A stretch of DNA of 64,000 bases from Octopus vulgaris (taxonomy: Eukaryota). Positions 49,581 to 63,607 of this stretch are shown in pieces. Under the pieces are notes generated by a model that saw nothing but the letters and a program-made list of their open reading frames with translations, had not been told where the DNA came from and searched no databases. Within the stretch, counting starts at the first letter, position 1. Each line of letters opens with the position of its first letter. The stretch is from NCBI GenBank assembly GCA_951406725.2, contig OX597827.1:56296001-56360000 (forward strand), written 5' to 3'. The position numbers were made by a program, and so were the translations under genes.

Positions 49581-51765
49581 TCCTACTCTGGTCACCAGCT
49601 AGGGATTTTACTTACTTATACTAATGTAGACATGTGATACAAAAATGAATGAAGTAGGGTAATCAGAGAAAATGTCAGGATGGAAGCGAAGTCTTTTCGT
49701 TAGTACATATTTAATTCTAATTCACTGTATTAAATGTTTACACTAATTTAACTTTTCGTGAGTATGACATCACTCATTTATTCTCAAAACAATTCAATTT
49801 TTTTTATGTCAACTAATATATAATTTTGTACATTTACTTAGTTGTCTTATCACCACTTCAACAAGTATGGCAAAGGCTATGCTTTACAGATGAGATCAGA
49901 ACAAGACCAAAACATGCTGATAAAAACGAAAATATATTTTAGTCATTTGACTGGGTTTCTTTTTTTTTTTTTTTTTTAACCTTACCAAATAATTATTTCT
50001 AGTTGGTTTATAATGATCTCTTCATAAATTACATTTATACAAGGGCAGTTAGTTCACACTATCCTAGCAGAAAAACAAATGAATTGAGAAACAATTCAAG
50101 CATGTGCATGTACTTAATAAAAGCAAAATGAAGTTACTAGTGAACCAAGCTAGCAACTAAATTTCTGTTCTCCTTTGAGCAATTTCACTTGACATAGTTG
50201 TCTTTCACATAAAGTGAGATGCACGCCAATAGGGTGACTGACTTTTAACATTGCATGAAAGAAGCCTTTCATACATGGCCTAACAATGCTACTACTAAGA
50301 ACTTCTAGAACATTCTCATCATTAAGAACTCATTTAAAGTTTTTTTTTTTTCTTTTCTTTTACAATATAATTTTCCCCTCTTCAAAATTCAAGAATCTGA
50401 AAAGGAGGAAATTACAAAAGTACTACTGACTTAAAAAAAATAAATAAATAAAAGCAACGTAAAGATAATTTAGTGTATAACCATGCCTATAGATTATTTG
50501 AATTACAGTTAAAAACTATTATTTTATTATTTTTTTAATGGATATAGTCATGGGCTGTAGCCATGCTGAGGGATTGGCATTCAAATACTTGGTTTGTTGT
50601 TCATATTATCAAGTGAATATGTATACCAAATTACATCTTTTTCACCACACAAATATACATAATACGTGTATGTGTTATTTTTTACTTGTCTCAGTCATTA
50701 GACTGCAGCCATGCAGGGGCCCTAGAGAATTTTTTTAGGTGATTGAATCAACCCTAGTACTTATTTTTTTAAAGCCTGGTACTTTTTTGGTTTTTGCCAA
50801 ACTGCTAAGTTACAGGGATGTAAATACACCAGCACCAGTTGTCAAGTAGTGGTGGCGGACAAACACAGACACACACATATATATCATGAGCTTCTTTCAG
50901 TTTTCGTCAACCAAATACACTCAAGGATTTGGCTGACCTGAGACTATAGTAGAAGACACTTGCTCAAGGTGCCACACAGTGGGACTGAACCTGGAAGCAT
51001 GTGGTTGGGAAGGATTCTTCTTACCACACAACTACACCTGCACACACACCGTTTAAATGTCCATATTTCACTGGCTTGAGTTGGACAGTGGAACAAAACC
51101 TGATTAGCAAAAGGGCTGCATTGGACTCCAATGTCTATTTCTATGGTTAGATACCCTTCCTAATGCCAACCACCTAAGAGTGTACTACTGCCTTTTTTTT
51201 TTCTTTTTCATGGTATCAACACAAATGAGGTCACTAAGTAACTTGAAAAACAATGACACTTTGATGGAGTAGGGGTGCAAAACTGAGGGAGGAAGCTTTG
51301 TGTCAGATGTTGAGAAGCTAAAATATAATAGTAAGGAGAGGAATAGAAGTCTTGCTGTAGAAGGGATACATAACCTCAGGAGGAAAGGGGGAAAGAATGG
51401 TGAAAATGAGATATTAGGACATATACAACGGCTTCCACTCAGTTTCTAAGTACTAAATCTTATTCAAGGTTTTGGTCAACCCAAAGCTATAGTGAAAGGC
51501 AAATGTCTAAGATATTGTATACTGGGATTGAACCTAACTCAAGCTTTCAATATATATTTATGATTCATTGCTTATATTAATGATCATTTCTTTAAGAATG
51601 CACGATTCACAGTAGCACTAATACATCAGTATCTTTAACACTCTTCTGATGGTGGCTACAAGTATGATGAAGCATTCCAGGTCTCATTCTATAGAAGCCT
51701 CCCTCACTACTTTCATTCTACAGACAAGAAATTTTTCATGGGTATAGAGAACAATATATAATATA

Positions 51766-51799
<34 letters not shown>

Positions 51800-54700
51800 A
51801 AACTTACAATCATTATATTATCGGCACATGCATGGCTGTGTGGTAAGAAGTTTGCTTCCCAACCACATAGTTTCAGGTTCAGTCCCACAACATGGCACCA
51901 TGGACTGACCAAAAGCTTGTGAGTGGATTTTATAGATGGAAACTGAAAGAAGCCCCATTATGTGCATGTATGTGTTTGTGCCTCCTCCACCATTGACAAC
52001 CAGTGTTGGTGTGTTTACATCCTCATAACTTAGCAGTATGGCAGAAGAGACCAATAGAATAAGTACCAGGCTTTAAAAAAAAAGTACTGGGTTCAATTTA
52101 TGTAACTAAAAATGTTTTCAAGATGGCACCCCAGTCTAATGAGCGAAACAAGATAAAAGAATTATGCTTTTTATAAGACATGGGCTAATAAACAAAGAGT
52201 TCTTAACAAGGCAGAGAGCCAATGAGTTAACAGAAAACAAAATCCAGCTCCAAGAAATGATTTAGTGATTATCCTTTGTAAACATCAATTTTACATATCT
52301 AGTGATAGTTATGAAAACATTAACATTCTATCAATAAGCAATGCTTACAAATCTTTTGTTTCTGAAAATTGATGCAGCTGTTTCAATGTTTGTATTTCAG
52401 GTAATTTCTAGCTTTGAAGTATTGATTTTTGTCTGTCATAAAAAGATACTTTCTTTAAATATAGTAAATAAATAAACGAGATCTACTGTTGAAAACAAAG
52501 ACCTGCTTAATATCCAAGACATTCTCACAAGACAATGAGAAAATCATGTGGTCATTCAACCTCCTAGAAACAGCAGCTAAATCTTCCTCAAATCACACCC
52601 TACAGTCTTAAAACCCATTTGTTACCATATTTCTGTTGAACTATATTGCATTTGTTTCGATTAATTTTGAAAATAATAGTTTGGAAAAAAATATCTTGGC
52701 CATTACAAAGGTGGTAATTGGAACATAAATTAACAAGGATTTTAATGGGAAATTTTAATTTAGATCACTTTATATAGAAAATTTGTATCATAGAAGCAGG
52801 GGTGGTCTTGGGTAGGTTGGTATCAAAAGAGTTTTAAAAAAAATGGAACCCAGGTTTTAGATAAAGATGAGATGGCCACAACAGGAATATCTTTCATCTT
52901 ATGTTAGCTCAATCAGAATGACTTAGAACAAAAATCAGTCTCATTTTTCTTTTTCTGTGGTATAGGGACAAACTACTTATAAATATGTCATTTTCAAAAT
53001 GTAATTACAATTTAGGTTTAAGAACTGTCAAAAACTATACAAACCATTTGCAAATGGAAAGTTGCAAACCAAATAAACAGCTTATAAGAGTAGCTTTGTA
53101 CATTATAAAAAAAAACTTTCAGGAGCAAATAATATAATTACCATAAAACTTGTAACTCATATCTCTTCCTTGATTCAGTCATTACTGCAGCCATGAAGAA
53201 TTTTTATGTCAAACGTACTGACCCTACGGTCAGTACGTTTGACATAAAAATTCTTATCTTTTTTAAAGCCTGGTACTTATTCTATCGGTCTCTTTTGCCA
53301 AACTGCTAAGTTATGGAGACATAAACACACCTGCAGTACCAGCACATGTGTAAACAGTACTCTGACATGAATTGAAACACTTTACAGATTATTGACAAAT
53401 TTCAGTAGTAACATCAAAGTATTCGCTAACCCTGGAGAGGCAGCCTAGTCTTTGGAAAGCAGATTTAGCAAAATAATTTGCACTCTGAATGTGGAACAAT
53501 ATCATATCAGAAAGATAAATAAGTAAAAATGAAAAGACTAAACAACTTTGCACAGAAGAAAAAAAAAAGTATTTCAAAATCTTTCTACTGATACGTTTGC
53601 CAACAGTAAAAATAAGCATTTGCAGTTCAAAGGTTGGAATTTAGCCACAAGACTCAATAATTAGGCTGATATGGTTTCAAAATAATACCAGAGGTGAGTT
53701 GCTCAATAAGTAAATAATTAGAGTCTCAAACTAACACTTCCACAACCAGTCCATTCTTAACAAAGATATACAAAAGTATAAATTAAATTATATAAAGGAG
53801 CCTTTGAAATTAAGTTACTTTCCTATCCCATTTTTAATGTCTAACTTATTTCTCAATGCAATTTTATTAATATTGTTTCAATCTTTTAGCCTGCAATACT
53901 ATGATAATGCTGAAAATAAAAAATACAGTACCCAATTAAGCAAACGTTGCCCATGCTTGTTATAATGCCATTACATTTGTCATATTGCCCAAGAACAGAT
54001 TAGATTGAGACAGCTGCACTGTTGTTTGCTTTAAGGTTGGAGGTGTAAAGCAGAGTTGTTGCTAAATACTTGAGATTACATCAAAGTACGTAACACACAC
54101 ACACACAAATAAATACACAAGCACTGAACTCTACTCTATTCACATGAACCATGTATAATAATCCCATTTAAGCAGAAAATGTTAATATAATAATAATGTT
54201 CTCAAAATGTTGATACAACAAATTATCTAAAGTATATAGTAGCACTGATTGTAAAACTGATTATTATTGTTATGTCAACCTGGTCTCAACAAACAATGAG
54301 ACACTGAGATACCACTTAGGGCACAATACAATGCTGAACTAAGAATCAATTTCTTTGTGTTTAAAAGGCTTCAGCATATCTTTATGGAATAAATACTTAG
54401 GTGTATATATATATATATGTGGATGTGCATTTTGGCTTTACTAAATAGACTGTTCTAAAATCATCATATTTTAACACCTGTTTTCCATGCTGGCATGAGC
54501 TGGATGGTTTGACCAGAGCTGGCAAGCAAGAGTGCTGCACCAGGTTCCTGTCTGATTTGGCTTGGTTTCTATGATTGGATGCTCTTCCTAATGCCAACCA
54601 CTTTACAGTGTGTGCTGGATGCTTTTAATGCAGCACCAACATGTTTATTTAACATGTTGAATAAGAATATTAATTAACAGGAGTAATCTCAAACAACCTA

Positions 54701-57700
54701 AGCAGCACACATTCAATACAATCACCAGTCAATGAAATAACTCACAATGTACTTTACTCTTCACAAGAAACTGATGAGGAACAATACCACAAACAACTCC
54801 AACTCAAAGCTGATGTAGCAAACAAACATTTCTACATCCCACAAAAGACAAGGCCACACACCTTTGAAAGATGGAGATGCAACTGGTAGTGAAGTAGAAA
54901 ACCTTGTGAAACTTTAAAATATAAAGTAGAGCATCAAATTAAATACAAGACAGTATTTAGTTTTACATTATCTCATTCTGAGATCAAATTCCAAGGTAGA
55001 CCACTTGGCTACAAAGCCTTTTAGTACTTAATTCCACCCCTCAACAATCAACTTTTTTAAAATTCTTTTATGGGGGTGGAGTACAATAAAATTTAGTTCT
55101 AGGCATGTACTAAGTTTCATTCCCCTAATTACACTCCTCACATTGTAGCAATTGTAAGGCATCAATATGCTGGAGATGATTTAAATAATTTAGTCTTCTG
55201 TCTAATCAAAAGTAATTATTATTAAACTGTTTTCCATTCTTTTATATTAACTTGATCACCTCACTAGTGAAGTAAAAGTGATACCTACTTTTCAGTAAAG
55301 CAGACGGAAGTCAATCTCCTCACTCTTGTTTATGGACATAATACTGGCTGTAGAAATGTTTGAACTTAGAGACTATATATATATATATATATATACAGCT
55401 AAAACATTTTAGAGCAAGATTAGTTTTGTTTTGAAAATTATCTTAAGTTATGCAAAAACACTGATGAAGTGGATCACATAAGAGATATTGTGAATTTTTT
55501 TTCTAAATATAAAAATTGATAATAGTATTGCCACAATGAGACTAAAATTTAGGCCAATAAAAGTTTCCATTTTAAGGAACAAGAGGCACTCAAAATTAAG
55601 AAGGTCAGCTACACTGTAACATGGAACATCAAAATTATAAAATGACTAAGAAATAAGATTTAGGTGCAGATCTTAGACAAGTTAGGAACAAAACCAAAAA
55701 AGACAATGCATGCCTTGCAAGAGAGATTCTAACTCCCATTCAAAGTACCTTAGCCGATTAGTATTCACATTATTCTGTCAAAAGTAATTCATATTTATTC
55801 CCAGTGTTGTGAATTAATAATGCATTATCTTGTAGCTATGAGGTTTTGATACAGTAACAATTTTTTAGAATGATATTGTAGGATTGGTGTGAGAGGCCAG
55901 ATGTGGCCAGTTTGAACATAAAACATGGAGAATATTTTGGCTGGTTTAAATGCTAAAAGGTTAATGTTTTGCACAATGGTCATATTTTAGACTTTGCTGA
56001 CTTGTGAGAGAGTACAAAAGTTAAAAGCTTGCAAAAGTTTCTGTAAGTAGTAAAGTTATGATGTTTATGCTTCTCTCAACAGAATTTAGGGATGCAAATG
56101 AACTGAGCACTTGGTTCAACAACCACATACTTTGGATTGTATACATTAGCACTCATAAACAGGAGAGCCAATCTTCTTGAATTTAGAAAATAAATGTACT
56201 TCCTGATTACAGAAAAATTATCTTTGTGACCATGAATACAAGCCTGTACTATTCAGGAAAGAGTATGTGATAATTGTTTGCTTCATTCAGGCAGAAGACA
56301 AGCACCTATCCCATTTTAAAAATCATGCTCAGCAATAGGATGAGACAAGTTCAGCTGTAAAAACATTTGCTCAGAATATATAAAAATGTCCAAAATTACA
56401 AGAGACAGTTCTGTTTAAGAGCAAAAAAATTACATATCCTTGACCCTAAAATAATACTCTTTATAAACAGAGATAAATAAAAAACGGTCATCATCATCAG
56501 CTGTTATAGTACCTCATCAAAGCCATATTTTTAACAGACCTGAAAAACAGATGAGAGTAACAATTCTTGGTCGGTATTAAAGATTTTAACACTAAGAAGT
56601 AATTATCTATCATCAATACACAAGTTTAAATAACAAAAACAACTCCGTACAAAGGGAGTGGGTAACAAAAAATTAACAAATTATTACTTTAACTCTTTGC
56701 TTGTCGAAAGCATTTTCATAAGTTTGCCCTAAACGACCATGCTTGCATTTAAATTTTAATTAGCCTTTTGATTCATATGTTTTGAGTAATATAAAGTTTT
56801 CCTTTCACAAGTCATAATTTACTCTGGTGGTTGAAAAGAATTGGGAATGTCAAGGAAATATGTCTTGTGTATCACATTTGATATACAGGACAAAGTGTTA
56901 ATATGTTCTTTAAAATTTTGGAGTCTGCTATGTAAACATCATCAGAGATCGTATTTATTTCTTCTTTATTTCATAGCTATCTGAAAATTTTAAAATAGTT
57001 AATCACCTAATAACTTGCCAAGTCAAGTTGTGCAATATAGGAAATAATATTCATTTTAGATGTTCCTCAATTGAATGATTTGTACCAACAAGAGTTAAAT
57101 AACTTACTCAAAGACTTAACTATAGCAACCAGTGATGAAATATTGAAAAAAAAATCATAAGCTAATGGCTTGTTTACTCTGCCATTTCAGAAATTCCACA
57201 AGTCATGCACTTTACCACAAAGTAGTTCTTTTCAAGCTTGTAAACAATGCTCAACAGTGACAAACAGAAATTATTTTAACATACTTTTAAGTGTATTTAA
57301 ATTCATTTTCATTGTAAGGGATAGTCGATATATTTTTCTAAATAGTCCAAATATTAAAAAGGTAACAAACTACCAATACTTCTAGAGTAGCATCCAGCTT
57401 TGCTTGAATTTGGTCTATATACCTTACATCAAATGCTTTAACAAAACTTGTACAAAAAAATTAGCACAAAAATACCAATAATCATCTAAACCAGTCATAT
57501 CCAGCCAAAATAATTCTTTTTATGTTTTATGTTCAAATCAACCAGATCTGACCTCTCACATCTATCATACAATGTCATTCTAAAAATAAACAATCACTTC
57601 ACTGAAATCTTAAAGCTACAAGATAATGCATGATTAATTCAAAACAATGTGAATAAATAAGCATTATATTTGACAAAGTAATTTGAATGCTAAAGGGTTA

Positions 57701-59398
57701 AAGTGATTTAGAAATAGTAAAAGGAGAGGGACTTTGAACAAGCATTTACAAAAGTTTAATATGGAACTCGACCTTACTCAATACAATGAAAAACAAAGAA
57801 AATAATAATTGAAAATGAGTTCAAGGGCTAAACAACAATAGACTAACTAGCAATAGAGTGTCAAGTGGATAAAGCATTGGACTACCAACTCATGGGGTAT
57901 TTGTTCAAATTCAGTGAAGGCCTTTAATTGTATTTCTGGACAAAATATAATTCTGTGTAATTCTGCAGGAGTTTTGTTGGGCTACATTTCTAAATTTCTG
58001 TGATTTTTAAATTTTTTTTCTTTACTTCATCAGAACCCTATTTTACATGACAGAAGCATATGTAACAGGTTTTTTCATTATATAAAAGAATTTTATTTGG
58101 GAGAGAGTTACTTTACACTGCAAAATCAAGAATTAAATATTTCTATAATATCTGGAGCTTATCTGACAAAGCAAAAAATGTGTGTGTGTGTGTGAGGGAA
58201 AAAAATAATTGCCCTAAAGATGTTAGCATTTTATATAAAAGAAAATATATATGCATTACAATAGAGCCTTCTTAAACATGTGGTTAAAACACTTCAAATT
58301 TTGGTATATACTGGTGTGTATATGTGGGTCTCCTGGTCTTGAAATATTGTAGTTGTAAATGTGTGTCAGTGTCATACATTTTCAATATTCCGTGAAAACA
58401 TGTCTGGCCATGTGGAAATGTTACCTTGCTTGGAAAAAAGGTGGGGGTTGGCAATATGAAGGGCATCATTTGACCATAGAAAATCTGGCGCAATAAATTG
58501 TCTGACCCATGCAAACATGAAAACGTAGATGTTAAAACATTAATTTTCCCAGCTATCAAAATATGCAAATAATGTTAAAGACTTATGATGATGATGAGCA
58601 GCAGCAACAGCAGAAATACAATAAAAATTTAAGTTGAACTGTGGGTAGATGCTAAGACAGGGGTAACTGCAGCACAAAACGCCAGTTTTTGTTACACTTT
58701 AGCGTTAGTTTCAGATTGGCTTATAAAAGAACAAAACTAACCTTGCTTCTTAAGTTTCATACTTTTGCACATACCAAATAAGATTTAGGCTGTTGTATAA
58801 TAATTCCATTTATATAATCCTCTTAAACAGGGTGATGAACAGACAATCTACATACACTACAGGCAATACATTTTTATCTACAAAGAAACTTACAAAAAAT
58901 AGAAAATCTTTTGTAAATCTATCTACCAGCTAGAAAATCCTGAAACTTGTTACATGCAGCAATCGTATATTTGGTGCTATAAAACACGATTTGAGAACAT
59001 ACTCATGTTTATAGATCTGAAGACATTGCACCCAACAATATGAAAACATGTAATTCGAGTTTTAGATTCCCACCTACATGCAGACACACGTTTCCACTTA
59101 ACACACCAACTTCCTTGTTTCTCAATCCATGAAAAACTAATCAAAATTTAAGTAAAAGCCAGTGATGGAGATATGGAAAACAGCTATAAGCCACACTTTT
59201 AGTCTTACAGAATTCAAAGACTAGTATTTCTGAACTGACACATGGTCTTGCAATGGCTGTTATCATATATGTAATTAACCTAGCTTCTTAAATTGAAGGC
59301 TCTGATATGCTACATTTCTAAATTTCTGTGATTTTTAAATTTTTTTTCTTTACTTCATCACTGCTATCTTATCTTTTCTTTTTTCCAGATAATCCCAA

Positions 59399-59605
59399 TG
59401 CTGAAAAGTTTCTGGCTTTCGGTAAAAAATAATACAGGATGATCAGTTAATTATGATTTTACTCAACATATTCCCCTCTCAGTGGTCTAATTGCAGTGGT
59501 CTGTTAGTTTTTCTAAGCCCTGCAAAAGAACTTGAAAGACTGGGCCTCCAACCAGGGCTTTCGCAATACCCTTTAAAACGAAGAACTTTTCAGTACCCCC
59601 TCATA
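59399..59605 (-). mobile_element. Second copy of the mariner-like MITE
   Basis: Reverse-complement similarity to 31045-31254. Confidence 0.7.
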
Positions 59606-61129
59606 TCAGCATGTGGTAAGACAGTTGATTCCCAACCACATGGTTCTGTTTTCAGTTCTATTGCATGGCACCTTGGGCAAGTGTCTTCTACTATGTCCTA
59701 GGGCCAACCAAATCTTGTGAGTGGATTTCATAGACAGAAAATGAAAGAAGCCCATTGTATGTGTGTGTGTGTATATAATCTGGCTTCTCAAATTGAAGGC
59801 TCTGGCGTTACTTTTCCAAATTTTCTGACATTTTTTATATATTACCTCATCACTATTTTATCTTTTCTTTTTACCAGATAATCCCAACCATATATAAAGC
59901 AGGGCACCCATATTTCCTCTCTATAGGCGCCTCTGCTAGTCTTTAGCATAAAGTTACCTTTCCATCTCCTCAAATATCTCCCACTTAGTTGAGGTGGGTC
60001 CCCTTTTCCCCGCTTTTTTATATTGTTCTTCACTCTCTTGCACGTTACCTGGCAACCCTGCTAGTGCCAGAAGCATGAAAAAAAAGACAACCAGTACAGT
60101 ACACATTGGTGTTAGGAAGGATGTTCAGTCATAGAAAACATGCCAAAGCTGACTTGGAGCATGACGCAGCCTCACAGATTCATCAGATCCAGTCAAACTG
60201 TCTAATCCATGCCAGCATGGAAAACAGATGTTGAATGATGATGGTCTAGAGATAATGCAGAGTGGTCATAGCTTTTTAAGCATTTTCTACATTGGGTGGT
60301 AATATGGAATGTGTTAGACAACAGCAGAATTTACAGCAAAGAAACTACTTGTCCCACCAATACCTCATACACAAAGACACAGCAAGTGATAAACTACGAA
60401 ATCTCAATACACTGTTAATGGTATGGCATTGTAGCTATGTAACACATGCAAGTAATGATAAAGAAGCCTTGTTCCTAACAGCATGTGTAAGAACATGGGT
60501 CTGGGTTCAGTCCCACTGCATGGCACCTTCAGCAAATGTCTTCTTCTATAGCCCAGGGCTGACCAGAGAGTTCTCACCAGATTTGGTGGACGGAAAGTGA
60601 AAGAAGCCCATTGTGCGTGTGTGTATATTCAACATATTCCCTTCTCAGATACGGGTTGCATTGTCTACACACGAAAGGAATACTGTATACAAATACCCCT
60701 ACAAGGAGACTTCATATTCAATATTCAAATAACTTCGTACGGGTGTGCGGATTATACCAAACCAGCAAATTGCATCACTTTAAGTACCTAACTCAACTGA
60801 ATCTTCATTATATGTCTATGTGTGTGTATACCAGCAGAGATACCTGGCACTGCTCGGGGTTAAAATGGCATGGCTTTTAATTATTTCGGTCATGTGACTG
60901 CAGCCATGCTGGAGCACCACCTTTAGTCAAAGAAATCGATAGCAGGAAGTATTCTTTGTCACGCTAGTACTTACTCTATTGCTGTGTTTTGCCAACTGGT
61001 TAAGTTATGGGGACATAAACACAGTAACATCAGTTCTCAAGTGATAGTGGGTGTACAAACACACACACACACACAGATACATACACATACAAACACATAC
61101 ATACATACATACATCTACACACGCACGCA

Positions 61130-61772
61130 CAGATGGTTATGGGCAGACCCTTCAGAAGTTCTAAGTGTTATGCATACAAAATTTCCTACAACTGTCATGA
61201 TTCTAGGGATTGTCAGCAATGAAGTTCATATGATGCCTCCTTACTCCTTTTCACAAGGCTTTAGAGTTAACTCTGTTGCCTACAATGAGGTCCTGGAAAT
61301 AATTGTTATGCCCTGGATAGACAGTGTAAGCAATGGACGGTCATATATATGTTTCAGTAAAACTCTGCACTATCACACATGGCTCTAGTAATACAGGAAT
61401 GGATAGCTGAAAATGTTCATGATCACATAACCCCAAACATTTAGCTTCCTAATTCCCCAGATTTCAATCTATTGGGCTATTACATGTGGAGTGTTGTTGA
61501 GAGAGAGGTCAATGAACATGCCCATAAAACCAAAGATTCTTTGAAAGCTGCCATAGTCAGAGTAATGTTCAAAATGAACCAGGATCACTTGATTCAAGTA
61601 GATGATTTAGATCTCATATAGAAGCAGTTGTTGAAGCTGAAGGTGGCTTTATTGAATAATATGGAAAAGAAGGCTTATTTTTATGCTCATAGTATTTTTT
61701 GATAAATAAAGTTATCTGTTATTATATAGCTGTTTTTTTTAATAAATCTGTCCTCAAATATCTTACACACCA
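61130..61772 (+). mobile_element. Tc1/mariner-superfamily transposase relic, maT (DD37D)-like
   Basis: TKFPTTVMILGIVSNE...YNEVLE..VMPWI... then PNSPDFNLLGYYMWSVVE...SLKAAI...IEAVVEAEGGFIE-stop, with frameshifts. Confidence 0.78.
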
Positions 61773-61801
61773 TGTGTGTGTTTGTCTGTTTTTTTTTCCC
61801 C

Positions 61802-62003
61802 AATATTTAGCAGAAGTAACAAATTGACTCAAGGTCCGAGAGTTTCATGTGTTAGTGCTTATCAAACAGTTTCATAAGTGCCAGCGCACGAAACTCTTGG
61901 GCTAGTTTGCCAAGTGCCAACACACAAAACTCTCAGAGCAGTTTGAGAAGTGTCAATGCACAAAATTCTCAGACCTTGGATCACTCTGTTACTTCTAAAT
62001 ATT
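61802..62003. mobile_element. Small foldback MITE with internal subrepeats
   Basis: About 65-bp imperfect inverted arms (agaagtaac...aaggtccgagagttt / aaattctcagaccttgg...gttacttct) and three internal gtgcca.cgcac.aaactct units. Confidence 0.6.
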
Positions 62004-62056
62004 CATAAAAATATACATGTACTCATTTCTTGAGTTCTATTTTTCTTGTTTGCGCC

Positions 62057-62136
<80 letters not shown>

Positions 62137-62148
62137 CATATATATATA
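62057..62148. repeat. (TA)n microsatellite with TACA interruptions
   Basis: Read directly. Other microsatellites: (GT)n ~16817-16845, (TA)n ~24894-24928, (CA)n ~37037-37078, (TA)n ~51762-51798. Confidence 0.95.
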
Positions 62149-62985
62149 TCAGGTCATTAAAAATGTAATGTCCGATTTTCTTATGCACCAAGTTTGACAG
62201 TCGTTAACTGTTTTATCCTGACAATTCTTTGTTTTACAACATTGAAGAGTTATATCACTTTTCGAAATGCAATTCATGGTGTCATCTTGAAACTTGCTTT
62301 TCTTTGCTCTCATGGCGTAAAAGCAAAGCATTTTTGTATTGTATTGTTACGTGTAATGAAAACTAGCAACAATAGCAAGGATTCTGCATGGTGGTTGGAT
62401 AGAGACGGAGCACCAAAACACAATCCAAAAAAGAACATTCACCAAAAAAAAGCTAATGGTGTCTGTTTCGTGGTCCAGTGCTGGTGTCATCCACTACAGC
62501 TTCATGAGAAATGTTAAGTCAATTACAGCAGATGTATACATCAACCAATTGGGTGATATAATGAGTAAACTTGCAATTAAACAACTGAGATTAGTCAATG
62601 GAGACAGGCCAACTCTCTTGCAAGACAATGCTCGACCACATGTTGCACAAAGAACGCTACTCAAGTTACAGGAGCTGAACTTGGAAGTACTTTGTCATCT
62701 ACCAATTTCACCAGACTTTGCACCAACTGACAATCATGTTTTCCAAGCATTAGACAACTTTTTGCAAGGAAAAAAAACTTCAAATCTGAAGAAGATGCAA
62801 AAACAGCCTTTCCTGAGTTCATCACCTTTTGCTTGCCAGAATTCTTCGCTGCTGGCATAAATAAGCTACTGATAAAATGGCAAAATTGTGTTGATAATTT
62901 CGGTGCATACTTTCATTAACTGCAATGCTTTTTGTTGAGATAAAGTAAAATAAGCTTTCAATTCAAAATCAGACATTTGACCTGA
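62149..62985 (+). mobile_element. Internally deleted mariner (DD34D) transposon
   Basis: ORF 62456-62860 has mariner motifs (WSSAGVIHY, LLQDNARPHVA, ISPDFAPTD). Imperfect TIRs tcaggtca...aatgtc(c/t)gattt, flanked by TA runs. Confidence 0.88.
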
Positions 62986-63019
62986 TATATATATATAATT
63001 ACATAAATATATACATGCA

Positions 63020-63607
63020 CGTGTTTGTGTCTCGTTGTCTCAACATTGTGTGATAGTTGTAAAATGACTTGTCACTGTCATACAAACAGTGTCGTTCATT
63101 TCCAATACAATGCAAGAGCATGTCTGGCCATAATGAATACATTACTTTGCTTGGTAACAGGTGTGGGCTGGCAACAGGAAAGGCATCTGGCCATAGAAAA
63201 TCTGCCTGAATAGGCATAGGAGTTGGCTGTGGTTCTGTCCCACTGCATGACACCTTGGACAAGTGTCTTCTACTATAGCCTCCGGCCGACCAAAGCCTTG
63301 TGAGTGGATATGGTATACGGAAACTGAAAGAAGCCCGTCGTATACATGTATATGTTTGTGTGCCTGTATTTGTCCCCCCAACATCGCTTGACAACCAATG
63401 CTGGTGTGTTTGCGTCCCTGTAACTTACCAGTTCGGCAAAAGAGACCACTAGAATAAGTACAAGGCTTACAAAGAATAAGTCCTGGTGTCGATTTGCTCG
63501 ACTAAAGGCAGTGCTCCAGCATGGCCACAGTCAAATGACTGAAACGAGTAAAAGAGTAAACTGTCTGACCCATGCAAAAGCATAGAAAAGTAGACATTAA
63601 AATGATG
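63020..63607 (+). mobile_element. Repeat family D (tail related to family C) with a nested SINE-B
   Basis: The family D sequence breaks at about 63210 and resumes (ctgtctgacccatgc) at about 63561. Uninterrupted copies at about 39680-39905, 44690-44920 and 58325-58540. Confidence 0.65.

Noticed and set aside
59010-59060. CTGAAGA...GAAA hammerhead-like core
   Set aside because: Stem I does not pair and the stem II closing pair is absent; not distinguishable from chance.
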